The notes: generated by a model not told the origin, from the letters alone. Positions 1-13,879 are shown, counted from the first letter of the stretch. The stretch is DNA of 64,000 bases from Octopus vulgaris (GCA_951406725.2 OX597835.1:27218001-27282000); one strand, 5' to 3'. Program-made: numbers and translations.

Positions 1-343
1 CACACAGCCTACATATATATATATATATACAAACATATACAAATATATACAAATATATATAAGACGCTGTACATCTTATAACTTAATTCAGTTAAACGAG
101 GCATTTTACCACTAAGAGTGCTCTGCGACTAATTGAGGTTGTTGGGAGTATGACTAATCCCCGTGTCAGAAATAAACAGCGAATAAATCAAATGAAGAAC
201 ATCAGTAAATATTTACTTACAAATACGTGTGTATATAAACACAAACACACTTATTTATACATATATATATATACACACATAATATATATATATATATATA
301 TTTATGTATATATTATATATGTATATATATATATATATGTATG

Positions 344-407
<64 letters not shown>

Positions 408-991
408 TGTATATGTATGTATGTGTGTATGTATAGGGTTACGTTATATTTATTCTCCCGAGGCATCATTATAGTTTCGACAACTATATAATTTTCTCTG
501 ATGTTGCGATGGTGATAAAGAAAAAAATTTAAGATTTGCGTACTGTAGAAGTACTATGAATAGCAGTTGGCCACGAGGGGTAAAATTTAATACGACCTGG
601 GACGAACAAAGGCAAAGAAGCGAGTTATTTTTATACATAAATTTTTAAAAAACTGCCATAAAGAGTTAGTGTAAGTCTTCTAGGATACTCTTCAGGGATA
701 TTATATTAACTGAGGGCACTTAAAATATCCAGGAGCTATATTAGGTGGTAACTGGACCCACAGGTATAATCCGTTTGTGCGTGTATATGTCTATATATAT
801 ACACAGACATACATGTATATATACGCTTGTATGCACGTATATATATATATATACGTATATATATATGTGTGTGCGCGTATCTATATACGTGTGTGTGCGT
901 GTCTATATACGTGTGTGCGCGTATCTATATACGTGTGTGTGCGTGTCTATATACGTATGTGCGCGTATCTATATATGTGTCTGCGCGTGTC

Positions 992-1022
<31 letters not shown>

Positions 1023-1512
1023 GCGTGTCTGAATATGTGTGTTTGCGTGTGTGTCTGTCCCTCTGTTTGTGTGTGTGTATATACATATAGAAATATGCAT
1101 ACATACACAAACATAAGTACATACATACACACGCATATACTTACATACATACATACATACATACTCACACATATACATACGCATACACATACATACACAC
1201 ACATACATACATATACATTAATTTATGTCTACTTACCTCATAGAATTGATCCTGGATATTTTTATAGCTTAAACTTCATAGATTTCCCAATGGCGCACGC
1301 TGCGGTTTCATTTGCAGCCTCATTAAGACTGAATTTTTTTTTCATTTATACGCAAAGTGCAAACACGTACGTACGTATGTACGTACGTGTGTACGTACGT
1401 AGTCTGTGTATGAGTGTGTGCGTATATATGTTATATAAATATATGCGTGTGTATAATATATATATTTATATATATATATTATGTATATTAGATATACGTA
1501 TTCATATATCTA

Positions 1513-1551
<39 letters not shown>

Positions 1552-1628
1552 GTATATCTAATATATGTATATCTATATACATATATACACAAACGCAAAC
1601 ATAATTGTGCATATTTGATATACGTATA

Positions 1629-1676
<48 letters not shown>

Positions 1677-2242
1677 GTTGACCTCGGCGGAATTTGAACT
1701 CAGAACGTAGCGGAAGACGAAATACCTATTTCTTTACTACCCACAAAGGGGATAAACACAGTGAGGACAAACAAGGACAGTCAAACGGATTAAGTCGATT
1801 ATATCGACCCAAGTGAGCAACTGGTACTAATTTAATCGTTCCCGAAAGGGATGAAAGGCAAAGTCGACCACGGCGGAATTTGAACGCAGAACGTAACGGC
1901 AGACGAAATATTTCTAAGCATTTCGCCCGGTGTGCTAACGTTTCTGCCAGCTCAGAAGCTTGAATTTTTTTAACAAAACAAAATATTATAACCTGAGATT
2001 TTTTGAATCGTAAATTCTGATTTTCACTACGCATGCGCGCGCGTGTGTGCCTATGTTATAAATGCTATATGTATTGTATTTCGTTCTCTCTCTCTCCCTC
2101 TCTCCCTCTCCCTCTCTGAGCGCATGAGGTGTATCTACCCCCTTTTTTTTATCTTCGCGGAATTCTAATCAGTGTTTTCCATTCTACCTCTTTCCTTGCA
2201 GATCCAGTTTCAGACACTAAAATCCTGAATCCAAAACTAAAA

Positions 2243-2351
2243 ATGCAGTCTTGGTCGGCAGCGATTCTCTTCCTATGCCTCACAGGAGTCTACCTTGTCC
2301 AAGCTCAGATTTCAGAAGCTACGGCAGACACTGAAGATTCCACGGATCATG
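2243..2351 (+). CDS. Coding exon 1 of a putative small secreted/GPI-anchored S/T-rich protein: MQSWSAAILFLCLTGVYLVQAQISEATADTEDSTDH
   Basis: Acceptor with CTAAT branch-like motif and pyrimidine tract (tttccttgcag, AG 2200-2201). ATG at 2243 in AAAATG context. Hydrophobic signal peptide ending VQA/Q. Phase-1 donor G|GTTGGT at 2352. Non-repetitive island. Confidence 0.72.
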
Positions 2352-2378
2352 GTTGGTAGTTTACTGTACCTACATACA

Positions 2379-2447
<69 letters not shown>

Positions 2448-3498
2448 ACACACAGACACGGGTTTGGCTTTACAAACTAGTTCCATATTTTTATCCATTT
2501 CAAGCGCTTTCCTTTTAATGTTGCTCTTGTTCTTACTCAGCTGGAATCAGCCCTGACGAAACCGTTCCAAATCCGTGACCATCTCGTCATATTCAGGTTT
2601 CTCTCCTTCCCCACTTCTCACTCTCTATCTTCTTTCTCTCTGATGGTAGTAGTGGTAGTGGTGGTGACGGTAGCGGTGGCAGCGACGTTGGTAGTGTTGG
2701 TGTAAGAATGATAAAAAAAAAAGAAGAAAAAGAAGTAATTGTAGTAGTAGTAGTAGTTAGATTCTTTGTTTCGCCAATCACGTCGCAATCCAGATTCGAT
2801 CTCCCTTCATTTCGTTTCGCGGCACTACTTTGGGGGAAGTTCCCCACCATCAACAACACCTTCTCCTTTGATATCAATGTACTTTTATATTCGGTTTGAA
2901 GTATAATTGGACAAAAAAAAAAAAATCGATCGATCGAACGAACGAACGAAACCTATTGGACTTTGTGTTTAATAACTAAACAAGATTTTAGAAATCGATA
3001 AATCTTATTTATCTTCACACGTTCTGTGACAATAACTTTAGAATTATATCGTTCGTTTCTTCGGGTTTAACTCAGAAACGAGATACCAAACTCAATGTTT
3101 GAAAAAAAAAAATAGACATTTTCAAAGATCTTTCACCCTGGGTCAATCGGACATTTTTCATCGTTTCTAGATAGAAAAATTGCGTCGAAAATAAAGTAAA
3201 GCGTTCCATAAAAACAAATTTCCTTCTCGGAGCTCATATCTATAATTTTCATCTATGTGTTATTCAACTGCGTTAGCAGACACGAAACAACGTGGAGGCG
3301 CAAGTGAAAGCCTATCAACAGGATTATATGGGGAATCGCTTACAATGCTATCACCATGGAAATCTTTGAACTTCTCTCCTTAGTATTGCGACTTGTGCGG
3401 AATTTCATTGACAATTTATCCGATATTAATGATTTATAACACACATACACACACATACGCAGAAACGCCCAAGTGCAAACCGTGTGTACGAATATGTT

Positions 3499-3539
<41 letters not shown>

Positions 3540-3543
<4 letters not shown>

Positions 3544-3833
3544 CGTGATCACCGTGACTGACCAGGCTATCAGATGTTGCAACACATCGCTGGTCACAAT
3601 GCGCTTCGCATTGTTTTGGCCTTCAAATGACGCCACCCCGCCGGCTAAGCAAGCAGGCCAACGGAAGAAAGAGAGAAAGTTGTAGCGAAAGAGTACAGCA
3701 AGGATCGCCACCACCCCTGCCGGAACCTCGTGGAACTTTAGGTGTTTTCGGTCAAGAAACAATCACAACGCCCGGTCTGGGGATCGAAACCGCGATCCTA
3801 CGACCGCTGCCCTAACCACTGGGCCATTGCGCG

Positions 3834-3835
<2 letters not shown>
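3540..3835 (-). mobile_element. tRNA-derived SINE sharing head and body with family 6 but with a different tail
   Basis: Minus-strand tggcccagtggttagggc...ggtttcgatcccc-agaccgggcg. Shares the acaactttctc block. Tail ends in cacggtgatcacggtgat. Confidence 0.75.
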
Positions 3836-3914
<79 letters not shown>

Positions 3915-4165
3915 CGTTGCTATTATGTTAAACTGTCGTATGTCCTAATTTGACCAAATGCGTTTTTTTCCATATTTATTTTTGCTTGCAATAGCCGGTC
4001 TTTTGGTCAAACTATCGTATCTCCAGCTGCTTCAGATGCCAAGATGTCAAAAATTGTCAAAATGTAGTACAACGGTCTTGCTATGGAATAGTTAAATTAT
4101 TTTTCCGTTTTCTAAAGAAAAAAAAGCATCGTTTTGGACTTACGATATTTTTGCATAATAACAAC

Positions 4166-4256
<91 letters not shown>

Positions 4257-4277
4257 GGATGGATGGATGGATGGATG

Positions 4278-4357
<80 letters not shown>

Positions 4358-4791
4358 TAGATGCTAGCGTAGCTGTGTGGTAAGAAGTTTGCTTCCCAAC
4401 TACATGGTTCCTGGTTCAGTCCCACTTCGTACCACCATGCGCAAGTGGCTTTTGTGAGACGGAAACTGAAAGAAGCCCGTCGTATATATGTTTATGAGTG
4501 TGTGCGTGTGTGTGTATGTATGTGTCTTTGCGTCTGTTTTAGACCCCACTACTGCTTAACAATCGATGCTGGTGTATTTACATCCCCGTAACTTAGGCGT
4601 TCAACAATAGTGAACGACGGAATTTGTAACAAGGCTTTACCAAAACAAAATAAACAAGTACTGGGATAGGCTTCGTTCGACCCAACTTCTCCAAGACGGT
4701 ACCAAAACATGGTCACAATCTAATGGCTAAAACAGGTAAAGAATAAAAGACGTATGCATGTATGTCTTTGAGTATGAATGTATGTATTTGG

Positions 4792-4826
<35 letters not shown>

Positions 4827-5747
4827 CTGTGCTTGTATGCGTGTATGTCTGTATATATGTGTATATGTATATATGCATGTTCGTGTCTCTGCCTGAGTGT
4901 GCGTATGTGCGTGCGTGCGTGTGTGTGTATTTGTGTGTGTGTGCGCTGGTTCAGCAAAGTCGAAAGAATTTGATTCACTTTACAACTACGAGATCGCAGG
5001 ATCGATCTTACTATAAGACATCTTGAACAAGTGCCAGGTTCCTTATCCTCTGCTCGATTTTTATCTTGTGAATGAAATTGCGGAGATGGAAACTATGAGG
5101 AAGCCCATCGAATGGTTTGTACCTGGCATTTAAAGGCTCGGACTTATTAGATACTGTATCATGCTGATTCTTGGTAAGAATGGAAGACTCGTTAAAGCGT
5201 TGGAAAATATACCTTGCGGTACTTTTTCTTACCCTTTACGCCCTGGGTTCAAATCCCGCTGAGTCGACTTCGCTTTCATCTTTTCTAGATCGATAAAATA
5301 ACTGTACTAGCCAAATGCTGGGGTTAATATGATCCACTGTTCCCATCTAGGAAAAGCAACAAACAAAAACAAAAGGATAATACAGGAGGAACAAATTTTG
5401 TATCAATTTAATGTATAAAAGGGAAGGGAAAGAGTCGCAACGTTTCGGACGCGACTTCTTCATCAGAAGAACGGTATAGAAGAAAAGAATAGGGAGAGGG
5501 TACTTGAAAGAAAAAAGATAAGCGTAAGATTAGGGTCCGATGGTAATGCAGTTCTGTGGGTGGAGATAAGAAAGGGGAGGGAGTCGGTGCATGTTTTCAC
5601 ATATAAGAATATATTCATGCTTTGGGGGAGTGTTGTATGTATGGTATGTATGGTTTTATATATGTGTGTATATATATGTATGTGTGTATATATATACATA
5701 TATAAATATATATTACATATATATTATATACATACATATATATTTTT

Positions 5748-5778
<31 letters not shown>

Positions 5779-6035
5779 GTGTATATATATATATATATAT
5801 ACATAAATGTCGAACAATTTCTTGACACAGCATTAATGGATAACGAATCTTTATTTGTGTATTAAGGCCACCATTGGTTTCATGTTAAGAAAATATCTTT
5901 ACATCTTAAAAAAATTTTCAAGCCAATCACATAGAGGAATGGTGTTCGTCTCCGTTTTGGATTAATACGGAGACGAACACCATTTCTCCATGTAATCGGC
6001 TTGAAAAACTGTATTAAGATATTTAATACACAAAT

Positions 6036-6095
<60 letters not shown>

Positions 6096-6916
6096 ATCTG
6101 TCTGTGTATGTCTGTGTCTGTGTTCGTCTGTCTGTGTGTGTCTGTGTCTGTGTGTATTTGTGGGTGTGTATATTGTGTGTGCGTATATTGGTATGTATGT
6201 ATATGTGTATGAACCTATGTGTATCTATATCTTGAGGGAGAGACATAAATCGTTAAAGTAACTAACTAAATGATTTTCGACATTTCGTAGCGTACCTTTA
6301 CTCTGAGTTCTAATCACGCTGAAGTCGATATTAACCTTTCAGGTTCGATAAAATATATACCAATATTTTATCGTGGATTCTCTATAGTCGATCATACCCA
6401 TGTCCAACGTTTGAGGTCTTGTATCGATATCAGAAATTGATATTGCGATTGAGAACGCAATTACGATTGAGCAGCAAACCAAATGACAGGCGGGGTTTCG
6501 TTGTTTTGTTGCTTTTGTTTTTGATTTGTTCTGTTTTTTTTTATTTGTTTTTTTTGTTTTTTTTTTTTTACATTATGTACTCATTTCGAATTCTGCAAAA
6601 TTTAGTTTTGCGTTTCATCCTTCTGGTGGGGTGGTCGATAATATTGATTAAACATACCCCCGCCTCCTCTTTAAAAAATGTCTGGAATTGTCCTGTCCCT
6701 ATGGTAGAAATCAATATTATAATTGAATCCATCGCTCCTGGAAAATTAGACAAACTTATCTGTGTCTGTGAGGCATGTGTGTGAGAAGGGAGATAGGATA
6801 GATAGACTAAGAGAGAGAGAGAGAGACAGACAGACAGAGACAGACAGACAGACAGACAGACAGAGGGAGAGGTTGGGAAGAATAGATGTAGGTAGATAGG
6901 TAGGTGGGTAGGTAGG

Positions 6917-6991
<75 letters not shown>

Positions 6992-7075
6992 GGAAAACCT
7001 GAGGTATTTTAATAGATAGACAGACAGGGAGACAGACAGACAGATAAATAGATAGATAGATAGATAGATAGATAT

Positions 7076-7144
<69 letters not shown>

Positions 7145-7230
7145 GAAGTGAGGTATTTTGATAAACAGACAGAGAGACAGACAGGAAGACAGGGAGACAG
7201 ACAGGGAGACAGGGAGACAGACAGGGAAAC

Positions 7231-7305
<75 letters not shown>

Positions 7306-7706
7306 GAAACCAACAGGCAAACATAAAAACAGAGAGACAGAGGAGAGAGAGAAGGCAGAAGATTAAATCAATACGGTGGTTTCATTTCGCAAGAACCAGC
7401 AGGCATGAAGCAGAGTTGGGTACGAGATGGATTTCATAACATAGTTACCTCCACACACGAACATGAGCGAACGAGAGAGCCTCGATAAAGTCACTCGACC
7501 GTCTAAAAATAGCAACATAATACATCTTCATTAAATCTCACACAGACACACGCGCGCGCAACCATTTCAAGGAAAATTGGTGAACGCGTTGTATAATATA
7601 TGTTAGAAGAGAAATGCCGGAGCACATGGTATATATATATATCTGAAAAAGTAATTGGTTGAATTCATTAAATACGTCTGAAGAAGAAAAAGAATATATA
7701 TATATA

Positions 7707-8120
7707 GGCGCAGGAGCGGCTGTGTGGTAAGTTGCTTGCTAACCAACCACATGGTTCCGGGTTCAGTCCCACTGCGTGGCATCTTGGGCAAGTGTCTTCT
7801 GCTATAGCCCCGGGCCGACCAATGCCTTGTGAGTGGATTTGGTAGACGGAAACTGAAAGAAGGCTGTCGTATATATGTATATATATGTGTGTGTGTGTTT
7901 GTGTGTCTGTGTTTGTCCCCCTAGCATTGCTTGACAACTGATGCTGGTGTGTTTACGTCCCCGTCACTTAGCGGTTCGGCAAAAAGAGAACGACAGAATA
8001 AGTACTGGGCTTACAAAGAATAAGTCCCGGGGTCGATTTGCTCGACTGGAGGCGGTGCTCCAGCATGGCCGCAGTCGGATGGCTGAAACAAGTAAAAGAT
8101 AAAAGATAAAGATAAAAGAT
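7707..8120 (+). mobile_element. tRNA-derived SINE family 2 with internal TA/TG microsatellite, full copy. Other copies near 4365, 8190, 8625, 16595+17935, 18455, 21875, 24340, 26995, 48575, 52543, 52948, 55758, 56315, 60365
   Basis: A-box-like ggctgtgtggt and B-box-like gggttcagtccc, body (c/t)cttgggcaagtgtc, tail gaaacaagtaaaaga. More than 12 copies in the window. Confidence 0.9.
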
Positions 8121-9158
8121 AACTGAACGCATGTAAGCCTGGAAAATAGGATCGGATACATTCTATCATAAATATTTGAAGAAAAAAAAACGGGTGTGGC
8201 TGTGTGGTAAGAGGTTTGCTTCCCAGCCACACGGTTCCGGGTTCAGTCCGACAGCGTGTCTTCCGCTGTAGCCTCGGGCCGCCCAAAGCCTTGTGAGCGG
8301 ATTTGGCAGATGGAAACTGAAAACAGTGTATGTGTGTGTATGTGTATATGTGTGCGTATATATATATATTTCTTTATTGCCAACAAGGGGCTAAACACAG
8401 AGGGGACAAACAAAGACAGACAAAGGGATTGAGTCGATTAAATCGACCCCAGTGCATAACTGGTACTTTATTTATCGACCCCGGAAGGATGAAAGGCAAA
8501 GTCGACCTCGGCGGAATTTGAACTCAGAACGTAGCGACAGACGAAATACTGCTGAGCATTTCGCCCGGCGTGCTAACGATTCTGCCAGCTCGCCGCCCTG
8601 TGTGTGTGTATATATATATCAATACGACAGGCTCCTTTTAGTTTCCGTCTAGCAAATTGGTTGACCCGAGATCATAGTAGAAGGTGCCACGCTGTGGGAC
8701 TGAACGCGGTACTATGTGGTTTGAGAAGCAGGCTCCTTAACTACACAGTCGCGCCAGGACGATCAGCTCAGGTCTGAAACATTTTCGATCGATGACCTTC
8801 TTTTCGATCAAAGCTGATGTTCATATATCGTAAATTATAGCTAGAATATATGTGCATGCATGCGTATATTTGTGTGTGTGTATGTGTGTGTGTGTGTGTG
8901 TGTGGAATGCATGCAAGATTGTATACATAAATGTATAGAGAGAGAGAGAAAGGAGGGGCAAGTTCGTGACTGTGGAAGATTTGGTGTAGACAAAGTTATG
9001 TCTCATTGATGAAGTCGCAATTGACGATGAAAGAACTCTGACAACCAACAGAATGACTGATCAAACGATTGGTCAAGCAATTAATTAGTTAATTGGTTAA
9101 TTAGTCGACTAATTGGCTAATAATAATAATAATAATAATAATAACAATAATAATAATA

Positions 9159-9205
<47 letters not shown>

Positions 9206-9262
9206 AATAATAACAACAACAACAATAATAATAATAATTGGTTAATTATTCGACTTATTGGC

Positions 9263-9304
<42 letters not shown>

Positions 9305-9398
9305 TGATGACGATGATGATGATGATGATGATGATGATAATAATAATAACAACAACAACAATAATAATAATAATTGGTTAATTATTCGAATTATTGGC

Positions 9399-9449
<51 letters not shown>

Positions 9450-9471
9450 CGATGATGATGATGATGATAGA

Positions 9472-9668
9472 TACCAGGAAGTATCTCTCATGGCTTCTAA
9501 TCTTCATTGATTGGAAGTGTTATCATGTACATTGTTTTGTCTTGGTATAAAAGATGGGCTGCAGCAAATATTCAGCTCAATACCACAGATTTGCTTGTCA
9601 GTTGTTTGACCTTAAATAGATGAGCATGTCTCTTAGTGGCTGGCTATATGTGCATCTTTGATCCTGAA
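9472..9668 (+). mobile_element. Diverged opposite-orientation fragment of the same (TAA)n-associated element
   Basis: Reverse complement of 23345-23540. Confidence 0.7.
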
Positions 9669-10576
9669 CTTGTTTAGTGGACAAGTAACATAGCCATACA
9701 GAGAAAACAAGGGTGTGTCATTCGGAGTTTTCTTTCCTCAGTCGAGTTCCAGATTATCTTTGCAATTTCGGCTGGTTAGTTTTCACTTCACTGTGTCCTT
9801 GTCCCTTTTGCTCGCCCCTTCTTAATTCTTATCTCTCTGCCTCTACTGCTCTCTCTTCTCTTCCCACGTGACCGGCGTTCGGCCAAGCCTGATCTTTCTT
9901 TCTTGGTCTGGCCGTTGTCCGTGCAACATCGATATTCCTCCCTGTGCCTGTGAAATTTTATATCCCTGCCGTAAGGCTTCATTTCCACACACGCTAGCTT
10001 AATTTAATTCGTCCTTAGTTGAAAGACACCTGTTGTTATGTCCTGTTATTATTTTTATTGTATTTGTGTAACATTGTCCGTTTTTTTTGCGTCCTTGTTT
10101 TTGTATACATTCACTGCTTTCTACCCAGCTCTTAGCTTAGTTTTTTTGTTTGGGGCTGGCCAGATTGGTGCAATCTCGAGTATAATCAGCCGAAATGGCG
10201 AAGATAATCTGGTACTCGACTGAGGAAAGAAAAGTTCGAATGACCTGTCCTTGTTTTCTTTGTATCGTCTATCTAGATGTTTTGTTGTACCATTTTGTAC
10301 AACAAAACATCTATAGAACATATATATATATAAATTAGAGAAAAACCACTATTATGTAATTCAAACAGTGATATACATAAAACATATCATACAGAAAAAG
10401 TAAAATATATTATAAAACATATATCTAGATCACAAAAAGTACATGATGATAAATAAACAGTATATAATAATGCTTTTTCTCTAATTTATATATATTATAT
10501 ATTTATATAGTTAAATTTGATTTAATACTAAATTGAATTTTTCCCTGTAAGTTAGGAGCTATACTCCCTAACATTA

Positions 10577-10649
<73 letters not shown>

Positions 10650-10650
<1 letters not shown>

Positions 10651-11100
10651 GAGTGAGCGAGCAGAGCATGCCATCAAAGTGACACTGGGGTAAAATATAC
10701 GAAGCCCAGTATACCCATCATGACTACCCGTCTGATTAGGGTACACCAGGCACATGCATCACAACCATATGTGCGCGACATGGTGATCTCATATCAAGAT
10801 AAACAGCACATGACCTTGCAGGTGGAGCCCAGTTAGAATTTTCTTCAGATCGAGTAACCCATCCCGCTCAAAAGGTCCCTGAATAAGGGTTGTTTAAGGA
10901 CGTTGAACGAAACACCCATGTTTCCAGAGGTGAATTATCCAAACCCCAAAGAATCCTTCTCAACACATGGCTATGATGCTCCCCCACTACTTCTGCTCGT
11001 AATCAGAGATGCACATATCGTCAGCCACTAAGGGACATGCTCAACTGGTTAAGGTCAAACAACTAACAAGCAAATCTGTGGTATTGAGCAGAATATTTGC

Positions 11101-11101
<1 letters not shown>
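10650..11101 (-). mobile_element. (TAA)n-embedded retroposon, truncated copy
   Basis: Matches 22995-23445, with TTA arrays on both sides. Confidence 0.85.
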
Positions 11102-11191
<90 letters not shown>

Positions 11192-11764
11192 GGTGTAATT
11201 TTCATAAAATATTCTAATCGAAGGAAAAGTGCCAAGTGCAAAGGGTGGTTAGCAGTTTTAAACTATCATCAGAATTTCATTAAATATTTCTCTCGTTTGG
11301 GATACGCAGAGATAGACAGACGGACGGACGGATGGATGGATGGATGGACGTACAGACGGGGAAGTTTCCAGAAGAAATCTGCTAACCTTCTTGCCATCGA
11401 AAAAGGGGGACAGAACAATAATAAAAGACCAGAGTACTGGCATTGATTAACGTGACAGACGCATCTGATATAAATAGTGGAACGGACAGGGAAAGTTGTT
11501 CGAAATACAAAAGAACTCGAAATGGTGATCGCAGAAAATGTCAATAATAATCTAAGGCCTTTGTGTTGCTCAAGCTTATCTCCTTTTATACGACTTATTA
11601 CTGACTTAAGTTGCTGTCTTAGAATATATCCAGCCTGTCACAGCGGGAAGTGGGTTTGGCGTTATTTATTTATTTATCGATATCAAACCTTTAAGGCAGA
11701 ATTGGCAGACGGGTGATGGAGAGATCGGGAAAGTTTGGCAATTTCAGAAAAAAAAGTTGCTTTG

Positions 11765-12230
11765 GATGTTGTTGTGATGGTGATGGTGGTGGTGGTGGTG
11801 GTGGTGGTGGTAGTGGTAGTGGTGGAGCTGGTACTGGTAGTGGTGGGGATGACGGTAGTAGTATTGGTGGTAGTGGTGGTGGTGATGGTTGTAGTAATGG
11901 TTGTTGTTGTGGTAGTGGTAGTAGTAGTAGTAGTGATGATGGCGGTAGTGGTGGTGGTGGTGGTGGTGGTGGTGGTGGTGTTCGTGGTGGTGGAGTTGGT
12001 ACTGGTAGTGGTGGTGATGACGGTAGTAGTATTGGTGGTTGTGGTGGTAGTGGTGGTGGAGTTGGTACTGGTAGTGGTGGTGATGACGGTAGTTGTATTG
12101 GTGTTGATGGTAGTGGTGGTGGTGATGGTTGTAGTAATAGTTGTAGTAATGGTTGTTGTGGTGGTGATGGTGGTAGTGGTGGTGGTTTGGTGGTGGTGGT
12201 GGTGGTGGGGATGGTTGCGGTTGTGGTGAA
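11765..12230. repeat. Compound GGT/GTA trinucleotide repeat with a higher-order unit
   Basis: ggtggag(c/t)tggtactggtagtggtgg(g/t)gatgacggtagt(a/t)gtattgg occurs three times. Confidence 0.9.
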
Positions 12231-12551
12231 CTAGGAGTCGGAAGAAATACTTATCTATTTGTTTACCTTGTTTGCTGTTGTTCAACTGGGACTTATTTTA
12301 TCGACCCCGAAAGGATGACAGGCAAAGCCAGTAATTTCGGGGATGGGTTAAGTTAAATTATATCGATCCCAGTATTCGACTGGTACTTACCTTATCGATC
12401 CCGACAGCTTGAAAGTCAAAGTCGACCTCGGCAGACTTTGAAATACTTCAAATGGCTTCAAGAATTTTTTTTAAAAATCCAAAATTGTAGACTGTTATTT
12501 CAGGAAACATTAGCTGCCATTTCTAGCTAGTTGAGAAACTAAGTTGATAGA

Positions 12552-12607
<56 letters not shown>

Positions 12608-12911
12608 AAGACAGACAGACAGACAGACAGAAAGACAGACAGCTAGACAGACAGACAGACAGATATTCATCTACGTCTCTACATGGCATACGAAACTTGT
12701 TTATAAATACAGACTTCAGTAATTAATTAAAATAATTAACCATCAGTCGGGTCGTTTTATTTCAGCCACTATTAAAATGTTATTTATTATTTTCTTTTCA
12801 TAATTGTTTTTAACGGTTGTCTTTCTTTTTTTTTCTTTTTTTTTTACTCTTTTATTTTGTCTCACCATCCATCTCTCTAACTCTCTCTCTCACTTTCTTT
12901 AATTTATTCAG

Positions 12912-13141
12912 ATATAACCGAAAAATCGATCACAGCGGCCAACAAATCCGAAATACTAACAACAAGCCCAAAACTGGAAACCGGTGTGAAAGCTGAACCG
13001 GAATCAAGGCCTGATAATGGGACAAACACCCAGACAGCTGGGGTTGAAACCGTACACCTCAGCACCACTGTTGTGACTGCCACCACCATCACTGCCTTAA
13101 CTGTCATTTCAGCCATTACAATTTCCGGCCGGTTTTATTAA
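12912..13141 (+). CDS. Terminal coding exon of the same gene: (D)ITEKSITAANKSEILTTSPKLETGVKAEPESRPDNGTNTQTAGVETVHLSTTVVTATTITALTVISAITISGRFY*
   Basis: Long pyrimidine tract, CTAAC at 12877-12881, ttcag acceptor (AG 12910-12911). Phase matches exon 1 (G+AT=Asp). Open to TAA at 13139-13141. Sequons NKS and NGT; hydrophobic C-terminus. Confidence 0.68.
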
Positions 13142-13232
13142 CAAATTCATTATGTACAAGTATCATATTACTAAGCTTTTATTACGATTTTATTATTGAA
13201 CATGTATTATTAAACATCTTTTAATATTATTA

Positions 13233-13287
<55 letters not shown>

Positions 13288-13521
13288 GGTTATTACTACT
13301 GAGGCGGCGGAGCTGACAGATTCGTTAGCACGGCGGGGCGAAATGCTTAGCGGTATTCCGTCCGTCTTTACGCTCTGAGTACAAATTCCGCTGGGGTCGA
13401 CTTTGCCTTTCATCCTTTCGGGGTCGATAAAAGAAGTACCAGTTGAACACTGGGATCGATCTAATCGACTAGACCCCCCCTCCCCGCAAAAACTCCAGGC
13501 TTTTTGCCTTTAGTAGAAAGG

Positions 13522-13590
<69 letters not shown>

Positions 13591-13819
13591 ATTATTATAT
13601 AAACATGGCGAGGAGGCAGAATCGTTTGTGCTTAGAGAAAAAATGCATAACAGCATTAATTCAGGCTTTTTGCGTTCTGAGTGTTAAAATCCTGCCGAGG
13701 TCGACTTTGCCTTTCATCCTTTCGAGGTCGATAAAATAAAGTACCAGTCAAGTACTGGAGTCGATGTAATCGACTAACTTCCTTCCCTCAAACTTGCTGG
13801 CCTCGTGCCAAAATTTGAA

Positions 13820-13879
<60 letters not shown>

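Noticed and set aside
150-1604. Long YI/CV/HT-rich ORFs (also 28212-29127, 31081-32192, 41641-42846, 54916-55685)
   Set aside because: Translations of stop-free AT/AC/ATAC microsatellites, open in several frames on both strands.
2129-2242. Upstream GTG-started extension of the orphan gene ORF
   Set aside because: Spans the intron pyrimidine tract. The ATG at 2243 directly begins the signal peptide.
2593-2877. 94-aa minus-strand ORF
   Set aside because: Half is simple repeat, with no motif or splice support.
11683-12285. Thr-rich mucin-like (minus) or Gly-rich (plus) exon
   Set aside because: Trinucleotide repeat that is open in most frames, with no convincing splice sites. The Thr frame is antisense to the orphan gene.
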